A stretch of 64,000 bases of DNA from Marsupella aquatica. Taxonomy: Eukaryota; Plantae; Marchantiophyta. The position numbers and the translations under genes are program-made. The stretch covers positions 10,811,832 to 10,875,831 of the forward strand of contig OZ316897.1 of assembly GCA_973895155.1 (NCBI GenBank), given 5' to 3'. This document shows positions 49,701-61,766 of the stretch, in pieces; within the stretch, counting starts at the first letter, position 1; the number at the start of each line of letters is the position of its first letter. The notes beneath the pieces were generated by a model. The model worked only from the letters and a program-made list of their open reading frames with translations, did not search any database and had not been told where the DNA came from.

Positions 49701-51062
49701 TTAAGGTGGCATGTGATATTTCTTGACCCTAGAGCCATTTACCCTAGTAGGTAAATCTTCACCCTCTTAATCTGTTAACTGCAGTGATCCATTGGGAAAG
49801 ACTTCTTTCACCAAGTATGGCCCTAACCACGGAGTATGCAACTTCCCCGGGAAAACCATGTGTCGATTATTATAATAAGACATAATTCCCTGATTCTATA
49901 TCGATTGTTTTCATCTTCCGATTGTAACGAACAGTTCTCATTTGCTGTTGCTTATTTGTTTCGGTTAAGGCAAGGTATCTATTCCCTTCCAATTTTTCCA
50001 AAGCGGCAAGCCTGAGATCTTGACTGGTTTCGATGTTTAATCTATTAATGGAACTAATTCGGTGGGTATATAGGAAGATCAAACTCAATGGGCACAATAC
50101 TTGCTAAGCCATATACCAAGTAAAAAGATGTGTGTTTAGTTGTGATCTTCTCTGCTGTCCGATATGCCCACAAGGCAGAATGGAGTTTTTGGTCCTAGTC
50201 AGTTTTGTGTGCGGACACAATCTTGGTTAAGATTCGCCCATTAGCCCATTTGCCCTCTCCATTAATCCATTTGCTTTGGGATTATAGGGAGTTGTTTTCC
50301 TGTGCTAGATTAAATATAAGTCAGTGAAATGTCGAATAGTTTGGTTAAGAAAATGCAAACCTCAATCGCTGACCAATTCCAATGGGCATCCAAACCGGGT
50401 GATGATGTCTTCAAATAAAAACTTGGCGGCTGTTGCTGCAGCATTTTTCTTAGTCGCTCAAGCTTCAACCCATTTCGTGGCATAGTCGGTTGCTAAGATA
50501 ATGTATCGAGCCCGTGTCCGAGCGGCAGCAGGTTGGATAGGGCCTATGAAGTCAATTCCCCATTTTTTGAAAGGTGCCAATGGTAGAATTGGGGTTAGTG
50601 GCCAATGAGAAGAGGAAGATGGTCTGCCATACCTTTGGCAAGGATCACAAGCTTTGATATACTGATAGGTGTCCTTATGCATAGTCGGCCACTAGTATCC
50701 GGCCGCTTGAATCTTCTTGACAGTCACATTCACTGCATAATGCCCTCCAGCTTCTTCGGTGTGCATAGCTGAAATAACTTGAGAGATTTCTTTGGTTTCT
50801 AGACATTTTCAATTTCTGGTCAAGAGTGAGTTTATACAAGATCCCATTTTGCAAAGTGTAAGGGGAAATCTTGTGGATAAAAACAGCTTGTTGCTCGAGG
50901 CTGAGATTCTTAGGAAGTGTGCCCGTGAGCAAGGCCTGGACTATATCAAAGTATAAGGATTCAGATCCTTCTATATGCCATAGGTGCTCATCCGGAAATA
51001 CATCTGTTAAGGGAGTGGAACTTTCTGGACCGAGGAGTCTAGATAAATAATCTGCATTTTCC
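49701..51062 (-). pseudogene. Gypsy RNase H end / integrase pseudogene
   Basis: Fragment ORFs 50675-51064, 50458-50682 and 49870-50097 with integrase zinc-finger and core motifs. Confidence 0.9.
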
Positions 51063-51399
51063 AAAAGTCTATTGCTTAAAGTTTATTGCTTAAATTCCAA
51101 AACTGCAAACATCCATATGAATAAAATTCATTTTGCAATACCAACATAGATAGGTTTTTTCTCTAAAATTTCAAAACTACAAAAATTTCTCCAAGATGCA
51201 CATCTAAGAATCAAACTAGATATTCAAGAAAATATACTCTTCTCTGCTGTTTTGTCGTTTAGCGAGACGTCCAATCAAAAGTGGTCATGTGAGCCAACCC
51301 CTCTACAAACACTATAAAGGGCCACCGTCGATAAGTTTTTGGCGTTATTATTCATAGTAGAGTTTTGGGAGTTGTGTTCTTGGAGCAACATTCTGCCCG

Positions 51400-53652
51400 T
51401 TGAGCCATTTGTTTTCATTGATTCAAACAGGAATGCAAAGCCTCATATTATCTTGGATAGCCATGTCTCAACCAGACACAAATTCATCCTCAAGTTCAGT
51501 TGAATCCTCCCCCAATGTTGTCGCTCGCTGTTTGCCAAGTCGCGTCCTTAAGGCTCTACCTCTCTCACAGCAGATTGTGCCTGAAACCTCCAATTCTAAT
51601 TCGGATTCTGATGCAAGTTCTAGTCTTGAGCCCAGTTCTTACTATGTGTTGCCTAGTAAACTTGAGAAGCGTCGTCTCTTGAGCATTCCATCTCCAAGAA
51701 TTGAGAAAATTTCAATCCAAGGTTTGAGACGTCGCTTCAAGCCATCCATCCTGGGTTATGGAGAGGGTATCCGGCGACCGACACACATAATTTTTTCACT
51801 CGACATTCAAGTTGCCAAATTCAACTCACGTTCAATGATGGATCTTTCAGTCTCCAATGAGGAACTAGAAGCAAAAATACAAAGACCAATATGGCAATCG
51901 GTCTTTGCATTGCCTGGACTAGAGGTGCGAGAAGCAAGGGAATTGGATTGCAAAGTCCAGACTTGGCCCTGTCCCAAATGGTCCTTGGGAATCGTGGTCA
52001 ACAAGCTAGTATGCAGATTTCCTGCAACTCACAAAGTGGTTGGGACGGCATGTGTGAATAGTTCACCGTTCCGAGTTCCAGAAGCTTCTCAGAGTTTTCA
52101 TGGATGGACTGTGATTGGTTCCAGGCTCCAAGTGTCGAGGAGAGGTCTTAGTGGTGTTCAGGTTATGTATAGAGAGCCAAGGAGTCCAATTGTGTTTTCA
52201 AATAAGTCGAGTGGATCAGAGGATGAAGAGCAAGAAGGATATAGAGAATCCGATATCATAACACAAGTTGTGTCTGAATGTTTAGAAGGAAATGTAGAAG
52301 AGAATAGTTCTAGTCACCTTTTCAGTGCGTCTCTAAATGCGTCAAGGAGATCTGTGGAGGATGGTAGCTCAATAGAGAGTGATGCATCTATATATTTGCA
52401 AGCTATTTGAAGGACCCAAAAATGCCAATGACCTCATTGGATTTCAGGCTAAAGAGAAGTCAAATGAGCCTAGTAAAAAAGATAGAGACCGAATTACTAG
52501 GAAAGACAATGTGATAAATGATAAATTGAATAGAAACAAAATGAATTTTTTTTATAAGTATCCATGTCGTGATAATTTCTGTCCTAGGAATTTGGGTCTC
52601 CAAGATGTGAGGAAACAATGCACATATTACTATGGGCTATCCTACCAAGAGAATAATGTACTTCTAAGAGGATGTGTGAAGGGTGGGCATGCCGGTGCGA
52701 GTGGTTACTCAGTTAGCGAAAGATCCTTTGTCAGAGTGCTTTTAAATTTTTTTCTTCCCTTGGAAACAATCGTCTCCAGAAAATCTTGAAGTTCTAACAT
52801 GTTTTCTTGGATCCAGATCGATACATTTTGTAGAGAAAAATTGACCACACATCGTGGTCTTGTTCAGTGGCTAGATGAATTTTTTACCACAAACGTCAAG
52901 AGTCTCCCCAACAATGACATTTTTCATTTACTGGACAATTGGACAAAAATAGAAGCTTTTGATGCCTTCCAATCAGAAACTCTCATGCGCCAAGAACAAG
53001 GCGTGACATATTCATGGATATTTTTTTGAACTATCCAAATATCATGAATTTTATTTGAACTATCCAAATATTCACAATGATAGCAACCTGACCATCCACG
53101 TTATTCAACATATTTTGAATATCGGGGAAGGTCCACTCCCACCAGTGCTTTACCTCCAGCTTGATAACACTGCTCAAGAAAACAAGAACAAATATCTTAT
53201 GGCATATTTGAACATGTTGGTCGAGATAGGTATTTTCCAAAAAATAAAGGTTGGTTTCCTATTGGTTGGGCATACTCATGACCAAATTGATCAAATGTTT
53301 AGCAAGTTTTCTTCAAAATTGAACAAGCGAAAGGCTTTTCGGTTGGATACCCTTTCCGCAATCATAGAGGAATCCTACAATCCTACGGCAAAGATATTTT
53401 TTTGTCGATGATGTTGCCGACTTCAAAAAGTTTGTGTTTGACAAGGATCAAGCAAATATCAACAAGGATATGAATGGACAGGTTTTGCGCTCTCCACAGC
53501 ATAAGTGCTCAGAAACAATTTTGGATTACGAGAGTACTCGAAGATGGAACCATACCAAACATCGTTCAACGACAACAGATTGGGGGGAGCTTGTTGTCGT
53601 AAGGAAAGTAGACTATATGGAGAATAGTTTGGTACCAAGTAGATTTATTTAG
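51400..53652 (+). pseudogene. Sola-type (DUF7869-like) DNA transposase remnant
   Basis: ORF 53055-53411 has LPPVLYLQLDNTAQENKNKY and FLLVGHTHDQIDQMFS. Upstream Cys-containing fragments (52379-53029) and a 336-aa ORF (51400-52410) of uncertain affiliation. TIRs not identified. Confidence 0.7.
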
Positions 53653-53983
53653 AGATCTAGATATATTTAGAGAATTCTGTGGTACCAAGTAGATTTTAAT
53701 TTCTACCAAAGTAAAATTATAAGTCTTGGTAAGTTTCAAGAATTACCATTCTTGGTAAGTAATTTGTAGAATTTACCATAATAAAATAAATAAATTCTGG
53801 TAATTTCTAGAATCTACCATAGTGAAAAATAATTTCTAGAATTTACCATAACAAAAAGGTAAATTCTAGTAACTTCTAGAATCTACCATAGTAAATAGTA
53901 ATTTTTAAATATTACCATAGTAGAAAGTAAGTTCTAAAATTTACCATGATAAAAAGTAAAATCTAGTAAGTTCTAGTAATTTT
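53640..53983. repeat. AT-rich tandem repeat (~36-40 bp unit)
   Basis: AGAATTTACCATAGTAAAAAGTAAATTCTAGTAATTTCT-like units, about 9 copies. Confidence 0.8.
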
Positions 53984-54068
53984 TGTTAGGATTTACTCTT
54001 AGGTCTAGAGTTACGACTGTACCATAGTTAAGGCTAACCTTAGTCGCCGACTTGGTTAGGTTAATCAT

Positions 54069-55787
54069 AGTGGTGGACCTCGCCACCCAGCGCCCTCACC
54101 AAGCCCAGCACTTGCGCCTAAGTGCCCTTGGTGCTCGAACGCCTCCATGGAATACCTCGAGCAAGCATCCGAATGCCTCTAGCACCACCCGCGGCCACTC
54201 CCATACGAAGCCGCACTTGCTCCCCCACACGACCGCTACTCAATGGTCCTCACTGTCTGCACAAGCAACCAAGCACCTCGGTAAGTAACCCCATCGGATC
54301 TAGAACTCGCCAAGTCTAGCATCCTAACTCAAGCTCAACAGACGTTGGTAAATAGGTCAGCGATAGGTCCTCCCGATGCCATAAGCCGAAACCAGAATCC
54401 ACGTCCGCTGTCCGTCCAAGACAACTCCTTCCTTGGGCGCGGCCCGGGTTCCCCCTCGTACCTATCCATCACCAACTGACCGCCTCGGGGGGTTGACTAT
54501 CAAAAATCTTACGAACCACATGCGATCCAAAATAGGTATTTTTCATAGAAATTAGCTAAATTTTTTAAAAGTGTAGGAAACAAAAGAAGGTATTATAGAC
54601 CCATATTTATAGAATATTCTCTAATACATACCTTTTATAAAGTAAAATAGATCATTAATATTGAAAATAGAGAATGCTTTTGGAATATTCCCATTATAAA
54701 ATAGGTGTGTTTATATTAGGCTAGGATTGCACGTGGTACACCAAAATATACACTAAGTTAACCCCCCAAGCTGACCGCCCTGACCTCAGGACATGCTCAT
54801 GGCCCAAATAGCGTAGCTTGTCCTAAAGCTTGTCCCAAGCTTGTCTCAACACGTCGGGACCAGAATGGCCCCGACTCTAACACTGACTCCCGGTTCGCCC
54901 CACTGATGGTCTAGGGACCAAGCGCCCTTGGGACTTAGCCTCCACACCTACTTGGCCTTGCCTCCCCAACGCAAGCTCCCTTGGGAGGCTGAACCCAGCT
55001 TGGCTGCTGTTCAACAGGATTTGGCAAATGAGCGAGCTAACACCCGCAAACCACGAGAAACCATGGCACCCCCAGACCCAGCTGAGCTCAGGAAGGCGTA
55101 GTCCTCCGTTTGGCGGTTTCCCTTAGTGTCGCGACCGCCGCGGCTCACGATTTCGGCTCGCCCTTAGTCCCCAGGGAGACACCACTCCCCTCATATATGC
55201 TTTTGGAGACCTGCCACCCCCGGACCAGCTTTGGTCCCTAAACATTTGGCCCTCAACCCGGATCCCATTGCGCATAATGGGCGCGCCACCAACTGGCAAC
55301 GCCCATAACTTTCTTGATAGGCAACCGCAAGCGGAGTGCCTTAGCCCATTGTGACCAGGCCGACCCAGTGCTCATGCCTAGGCCCTCAAGTCTGATCGCC
55401 GCTTGGGGCCCCCGACCGGCCCAACCCGGCTCGGGCCACAACTTGCGCCCCAAGCGTCTGTTGCCAATGGCCTCAACTCCATTGGCCTTGGGCCAAGAGG
55501 AGCTCACTTCCAAGCCCTCAGAACTCAAAGCCCATCCGACGGTCCGGACGGCCATCCATGAGCCCGGCCCATTTCCCCTTGACTCGACCAGTCATAGGCT
55601 AGTCCAAGTCCTTAGTTTGTGTCCCCAACTTGGCCCCTTGCCTCGCCAGTGCCACGTCTCATTGCCCATAAGTCTCCCCATGCTAAGTCCTCCAACGATG
55701 GCCTATCCGGGCCTGGACCATAAGGGAGCTTGGCGTCGGAGTCAACGACGCCGGAGCTAAGTGTTAAGGTAGTCGAGTTCCGTGACT
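54069..55787 (-). repeat. Gypsy 3' LTR (contains a MITE and a ~70-bp deletion)
   Basis: Direct repeat of 61767-63256, preceded on the minus strand by AAGGGGGGTTGCA (PPT). Confidence 0.95.
54484..54770. mobile_element. 287-bp MITE, TIR CTCGGGGGGTT(G/A)ACT, 8-bp TSD CTGACCGC
   Basis: Absent from the 5' LTR (empty site CAACTGACCGCCCTGACC). TSD at 54476-54483 and 54771-54778. Confidence 0.93.
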
Positions 55788-55923
55788 TGCAACCCCCCTT
55801 AAAAATGGTCACGTCCGCGTGACCTAAGTAAACGTTCCAACACGCCTAGACCACTTTGGGCCTTAAAAATTTTATGAGGTAACAAATGGTTTGCCCATAA
55901 GGCTGATGCAAACCAGGTTGGTA

Positions 55924-56210
55924 CTCGGGGGGTTAACTAAGTGTATATTTTGGGGTACCACGTGCGATCCTAGCCTAATATAAATAGACCTATTTTATAA
56001 AGAAAATATGCTAAGAATATTCTCTATTTTCAATATTAATAATCTATTTTACTTTATAAAGGATATATATTAAAGAATATTCTATAAACATGAGTTTATA
56101 ATACCTTCTTTTGCCTCCTACGCTTTTTAAAAATTTAGATAAAATTTGCCAAAAATACCTATTTTGGATTGCACGTGGTTCCTAAGATTTTTGATAGTCA
56201 ACCCCCCGAG
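55924..56210. mobile_element. 287-bp MITE (same family, opposite orientation), 8-bp TSD GGTTGGTA
   Basis: CTCGGGGGGTTAACTA...TAGTCAACCCCCCGAG. TSD at 55916-55923 and 56211-56218. Confidence 0.93.
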
Positions 56211-56520
56211 GGTTGGTATGCGCATTCCAAACTTAGGAAATTCCAACCTATCCCACTTATCCAAGTAGGATGCCAGTCCAAACGGGTAAGCTAACTCCAA
56301 ACTCGTCGGACCCCTTGTCCTCCCCTTGGGGCGCTCCCCTTTGGTTCGAACTAGCCCGCCCACAGACGTAGGGCGGGCACCGTCAACTTCCACTCATAAA
56401 AAGCAAATCAACCGCCCAACAACCTCTAGCCCCAACGCAATCCAACTTTATCCTTAAGAGGCCGAGAGGAGTGAAACTAGGATACAATTCACAAAGGTAG
56501 CTACAGTTGTCTGTACCAGT

Positions 56521-59500
56521 TCACAACGGCGGTAGGCCGCTTCGCTTACAATAGCTTCCAAGGATCTTTGAGGCATTACCCAAATTTTCTTCCGGCTCCC
56601 AAGTACTCTCGGCCTGGTCATAGCCAGCCCACTTCACCAAATACTCTAAGATTTGCCTTCCCAATTTGCGTTTGTAACGGTGGTCCATAATTGCCTCCAC
56701 CTCGAACTCCTCAGCGTCCTCCACCAGCATGGCGTCCGGACACAAGACCTGATCCCGGTTGGGATCATCATCTTTGACAAATTTCTTGAGCCGGTTAACA
56801 TGGTAGCTTTTGCCCACGCCCATTTCCTTGGGTATCTCCAACACCACCGAAATTGGATTATCCTTGTGGGCCCATCGTATGACGCGATAGGGCCCTGCAT
56901 ATTTGGGAGCCAGCTTCCTACTTATATTCCCATGGTATTGCTCAGGTCTCAACTGCAACCAGACGCTCTCCCCAATTTCAAAGCTTACCTGGCGTCGATG
57001 TTTATCCCCTTGCTCCTTGTACCGACTTTGGGCAAGGGTCATACCCTTGGTAGCCGCTTTCACAACTAGGCGCCGCTCTCAAATAAAATTGTCCGTAGAA
57101 GGAACCTTGCTTTCCGTCCGCCAAGCTTCCGGATTTATAAACCAGGAGGACGCCAAGGGCGTCCTCCCTGTGGCCAACACAAACGGCGCAAACCCCGTCA
57201 CCGAATGCTTGGTCGAGTTATACCTAAACTTGGCCATTGTTAAATGCTTCACCCAATCCTTTTGATTGGCTGTCACAAAGTGACGCAAGTAGTCCTCCAC
57301 GATACCATTAACCTGTTCTATTTGGCCATCTGTCTCATGATGATACGCTGATCCCCTGGTCAAGTCCGTTCCGAATAACCAGAACAACGCCTTCCAGAAA
57401 TGGCCCGTGAACTTGGTATCGCGATCGGACAGGATATGTAACGACAATCCCCATTGTCGGAAGACATTATCAAATACTAGACCGGCAACCTCTCGGGCCG
57501 AAACCATCTTCGTAGGTAGGCAAGAAATACGCCATCTTGGAAAAATGATCCACGATTGTTAAGATGGAGTTACTACCGTGGGACTCAGGTAATCCAACAA
57601 TGAAGTCCATGGAGATAGACTCCCATGGAGCCGCAACTATTGGTAAAGGTTGTAGTAGTCCTCCTTTTGCCCTATAGACCGTTTGGTTCTTTTGGCACGA
57701 GTAACAACTTTGCACATGTTGAAGGACCGATTGCTTCATGTCCGGCCAATACACATCTCGCGATATGCTGCGATACGTAGCGGCTTGTCCTCCGTGCCCT
57801 CCCCAGGGCGAGTCGTGGTACTTTTGCAGAACCTCTAACCTTAGAGACTCTAGTATGTACACACGCCTATGCTTGTATTGTCATAACTGGACATTATGCG
57901 TCATATCCAACCCCAACGATACGTGCCTTACCTTGCCCCGACTACCCCCATGGCTTTGCCAATCCTTAGCTAACCTGTCATCCCCATATGCCGCGACCAG
58001 AACCTTTGGCCACTCGGATTTGAGCATCGTGATCCCATTGACACGATGTTGGTCCTTACGCGATAACGTGTTCGCTGCCGTATTTGTCTTCATTGGAACG
58101 TGGCGAACTTCGAAATTGAAATCCGCCAAGAACATCTGCCAGCGCATTTCCTTGGGGTTCAGCCTTGGCTTAGAACTGAAGTACCCGGCCGGTGAGCTAT
58201 CTGAATGGATTACCACTTTGGGACCGTTCTTAAGGTAAATCTCCCACTTCTTCAATGCATAGATCACAGCATACATTTCCCTTTCCGGCGTGATCCAGTG
58301 ATTTTCCAACTTACATGACTCGAAGGCCACAGGACGCCCATCTTGGTGAAGATAGGCGCCGATGGCATAATCACTTGCGTCTGTCCAAATCTCGAACGGC
58401 TTCCCCATCTCAGGTAACTTTAGAATTGGCGGCGTTATCATTAACCGCTTAAGTTCTAGGAATGCTAACTCACAATCCTGTGTCCACACAAACACTTTGT
58501 TTTTCAACGTTAGCGCATTTAGGGGCCTTGTGATCCTCGCATAGTCTTTCATGTATCTCCGATAGAACCCCGTAAATCCTAAGAAGGCTCTAACTTGCCT
58601 TACATTGGATGGGCGCTCCCATTCTTTGATCTCCTTAAGCTTGTCCTGACTAGGCGTAATCCCTTCCGGGGTAAAGGTATGGCCGAGGAATTGAATCTCG
58701 TTCATCGCAAACTCGCACTTGCTAGGTTTAGCAAAGAGACGAGGCTTACGAAGGTGAGAGAACACTTCTCTGAGCAACTGCTCATGCTCCTCCAACGTTT
58801 TTGAGTAGATTAGGATGTCGTCAATAAAGACGACCACTCCTTGGTCCAACAAGTCATGAAAGATGGTATTCATCATCTTCATGAACATTGCGGTTGCATT
58901 ACACAACCCGAACGGCATAACCAAAAACTCATAGGATCCGAATCTTGTGCGCATCGCGGTCTTATACTCGTCTCCCTTAGCCATGCAGATCTGGTAATAC
59001 CCAGATCGCAAGTCCACCTTTGAAAACTTCTTAGCCCCGGAGAGGCAATCGAAGAGGTCATCCATATGAGGTCATGGGTACTTGTTCTTTACCATCTGCT
59101 TATTGAGGGCCCGGTAATCTGTGCACAATCTCAAAGGTACCATCCTTTTTGGACACAAACAGTGCGGGCGCCCCGTAAGGACTCTTACTAGGGCAAATGA
59201 ACCCTTGGTCGATCAACTCTTCCAAGGCATTCTTCAACATCATTCGCTCGTTCAGGTTCAGACGATAAGCAGCTTTAGCCTGAGGAGCCGATCCCGGCTC
59301 CAACTCAACTTGGTGATCCACTTCTCTCCGCGGGGGTATACCTTTAGGTAGCTTCTACGAGAGCACGTCATTGAATTCCTCTAAAATTTCAAGAATTTGA
59401 CCGCAGTCAGGCCCGACCGTAGCTGACTTGACCTTTGGCTGCGACGCAGCCTCCTTAGTTGGGTGGAGATGAAAGAAGAAACATTCATGTCCACCCTTGA

Positions 59501-61621
59501 AGTCTTTCCACCATTGCTTTGCCGATACACACAGAGACATCCACGACACTTTACTTACTTTAAGAAATCTTTCTTTATTTTCGGTAATTTCGTGTACAAC
59601 GATGGGCTCACCGCCCTTATTGGGAAAATGGAGCACCTCACCCCCCGGTTTTAAGGTAACATTGTGCTTTCTGAGATAACCTACTGACAAAATGAAGTCT
59701 ACGGCTAGACCATCTAGAATGTAGAACATCTCCTGACTAACAAAATTTTGTTGTTTGCCTATGACCTCTACCCGAAGTCTACGCACTACTCTCGACACTA
59801 TCCCCTTCATGTCGTTGGCGAACTTGCACACTAACGGTTGTAACAACTCTTCCACATCCACCCCAAGACGAGCTGCCGCCTGCCCACTTATGAAGCAGGC
59901 GGTCGCGCCTGTATCCACCAACGCAACACCCAGATTACCGTTAGAAGTGACATTCACAAAAATCAGTTTTTCAGGATCCATTGTCTTAACTTTAGGTATC
60001 TTTTCTCGCAACAACACCCTCTCTCCGTCAGGGACATCCCCTACAGGGACCTTGTCAGCTACTAAGGCTTCGGTTAGAGCGATACTTACCTTAATGCTCT
60101 TTTGCCCTCTACCATCTTCGTTCGACTTGCCACCTTTCGTGGAACAATCCTTACTTTGATGGCCCATGGCGCCACATGTGAAGCACAAACCTTCAGCCCG
60201 CCTCTGCTCCATGGTCGCCTACTTCTTTGCTTTCTGCGCCGATGAGGCTCCTTTCTTAAAGTTGCCGGCCTTCCGGTTTCGCTTAGCTTCTCCATTCTGG
60301 GGCTGGGGATCCGAACCACCGGCCCCTGCCCCCTCAGGTTGCTTCCGCTTATTCCCGGGACCTTTTGCTTTCCCAGCTTCCCCTTCGGATCCCTTGCCAC
60401 CCACCTTCGCCAAGTCTGGTCGGTTATTCACCAACTAGTGGCCTTGTCGAAGGCGTCAAAAAGCGTTTTGAACTCATGACGCTTTTCCTACAACTTTTCC
60501 CTAAGCAACGGCGGGAGCTTCACAATAAAGTTGTGAAGCTGTGTATGTAGGGGTCTCTTGTCCCTCCGGGATACATGCCAACTGGTTCTGGTAATAAGTG
60601 ATGAACTTTTGGATATCACCCCTGAAACTCATCTCCGTTACGCATTTCTGAGCATGCCGCTCCGGGTACTTAGTGGTGACATGAGCACGGAGACCCTCAA
60701 CCAGGAGTCCTCTCGCGACTTCTTCCATGACTTGTACCAAGTCAAGGCATAGTCCTTTAGGTAAGGAGCGGTTGCGGTAGCCCAAGTGGAATGCTCAACG
60801 CACGCTTGGAGATGAATCTCCATCGTGGAGAGCCAACTCAGGAACTTTTGTCCACTTTGCTCGTAGGCCCCATCGTAAGTTGGAGGAGTCGGTAGCTGGT
60901 TCACTTGGAACATACTCCGTCCAACTACCATTCCCCCCTCGGGATGCGATGCACTCTGACTACCCAGACTAAGTAAGTACTTAATCTGGGCCCCCTTGTT
61001 GTGTTCCAACTGCTCATAGATGAGTCGTTGGTCTTGAGTCAACGGACCCAGACCGTCGTCAGTGGCCGGGCCCTTACGGGTTGTATGAGGACGGTCCTCC
61101 AACCGTCGTTCCTTTGCGGGTCGCCTGTCCTTAGGTTCTCTTGTGGATTTTGGTGAAACACCCCGCATTTTGCGAGAACCATGACCTCCCGGGACTGAGG
61201 TATCACCCGCATCATCCTGGTTCTGCTTGGTCAAATTATCCACGATGATGTCCGGCTCGGCATCATCCTCTGGTTCCGCGTTCAACCCTCTCAAGGCTGG
61301 GATCAGTTCCTTCTCCGGATCCTGACCCTCTTCCTCTGTCTCAGCTTCAGCGTTGTCGTCGCTTGCGGTTGCGTCGGAGTCATCGTCATCCGACCCATCC
61401 TCTGAAGGATCAGCCACCTCCTTCCCTTTAAGTTGACGGTGCTCTGCACTTGACTTGTTTGCCGCAGCAGTCGATGGTTCGGCCGTTGCGTCTTCTTCAT
61501 CCTGCTTGTAACGTTCATCTAGGGAAGTCGACCTGTCCTCCTTCTGTTCATCTTGAACTTGGGCTCTCCCCTTGGTGGGGGGAGCTTGCTTGCCACTCTT
61601 TGCACGAGTGTTTTTAGCCAT
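56521..61621 (-). pseudogene. Gypsy gag-pol with C-terminal chromodomain (multiple frameshifts/stops)
   Basis: ORFs 60638-61687, 60501-60785, 59355-60212, 59100-59321, 57881-59065, 57470-57862, 57079-57507 and 56521-57063. Chromodomain EEFEVEAIMDHR...YLVKWAGYDQAESTWEPEENL. Confidence 0.95.
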
Positions 61622-61752
61622 GTTCCCAGCAACCAAATCTGCCCGTAGTCGACCTGCCGGGCACGTTGAAGCACTAAGTCCCCGCAAAAATCCGTTAAGA
61701 TTTTTGGATTCCGACTTAGCACAACCCTGGCCCGGTGTCTATGCCAGCAATC

Positions 61753-61764
61753 GCTCTGATACCA
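61753..61764 (-). other. Primer-binding site complementary to tRNA-iMet
   Basis: TGGTATCAGAGC, 2 nt (TG) after the LTR end CCACT. Confidence 0.95.
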
Positions 61765-61766
61765 CA

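Larger units (their letters stand above)
46061..51062 (-). mobile_element. Non-chromoviral Ty3/Gypsy element, 3' part (RNase H end, integrase, PPT, large putative 3' LTR)
   Basis: ENADYLSRL, CDPCQRYG, PFKKWGIDFIGP, TDYATKWVEA and GKLHTPWLGPY..RVNGSRVKKY, with stop at 49701. PPT GAGGAGGGGGCTA (49672-49660) then TGT at 49659. Ends ...GCTACA at 46061. Confidence 0.88.

Noticed and set aside
54069-54072. Shifting the Gypsy boundary to the internal TG (54071) to obtain canonical ends
   Set aside because: It destroys the ATCAT TSD, and the other end (GCGACT) offers no matching CA. The solo LTR at 42218 gives the same AGT/ACT limits.
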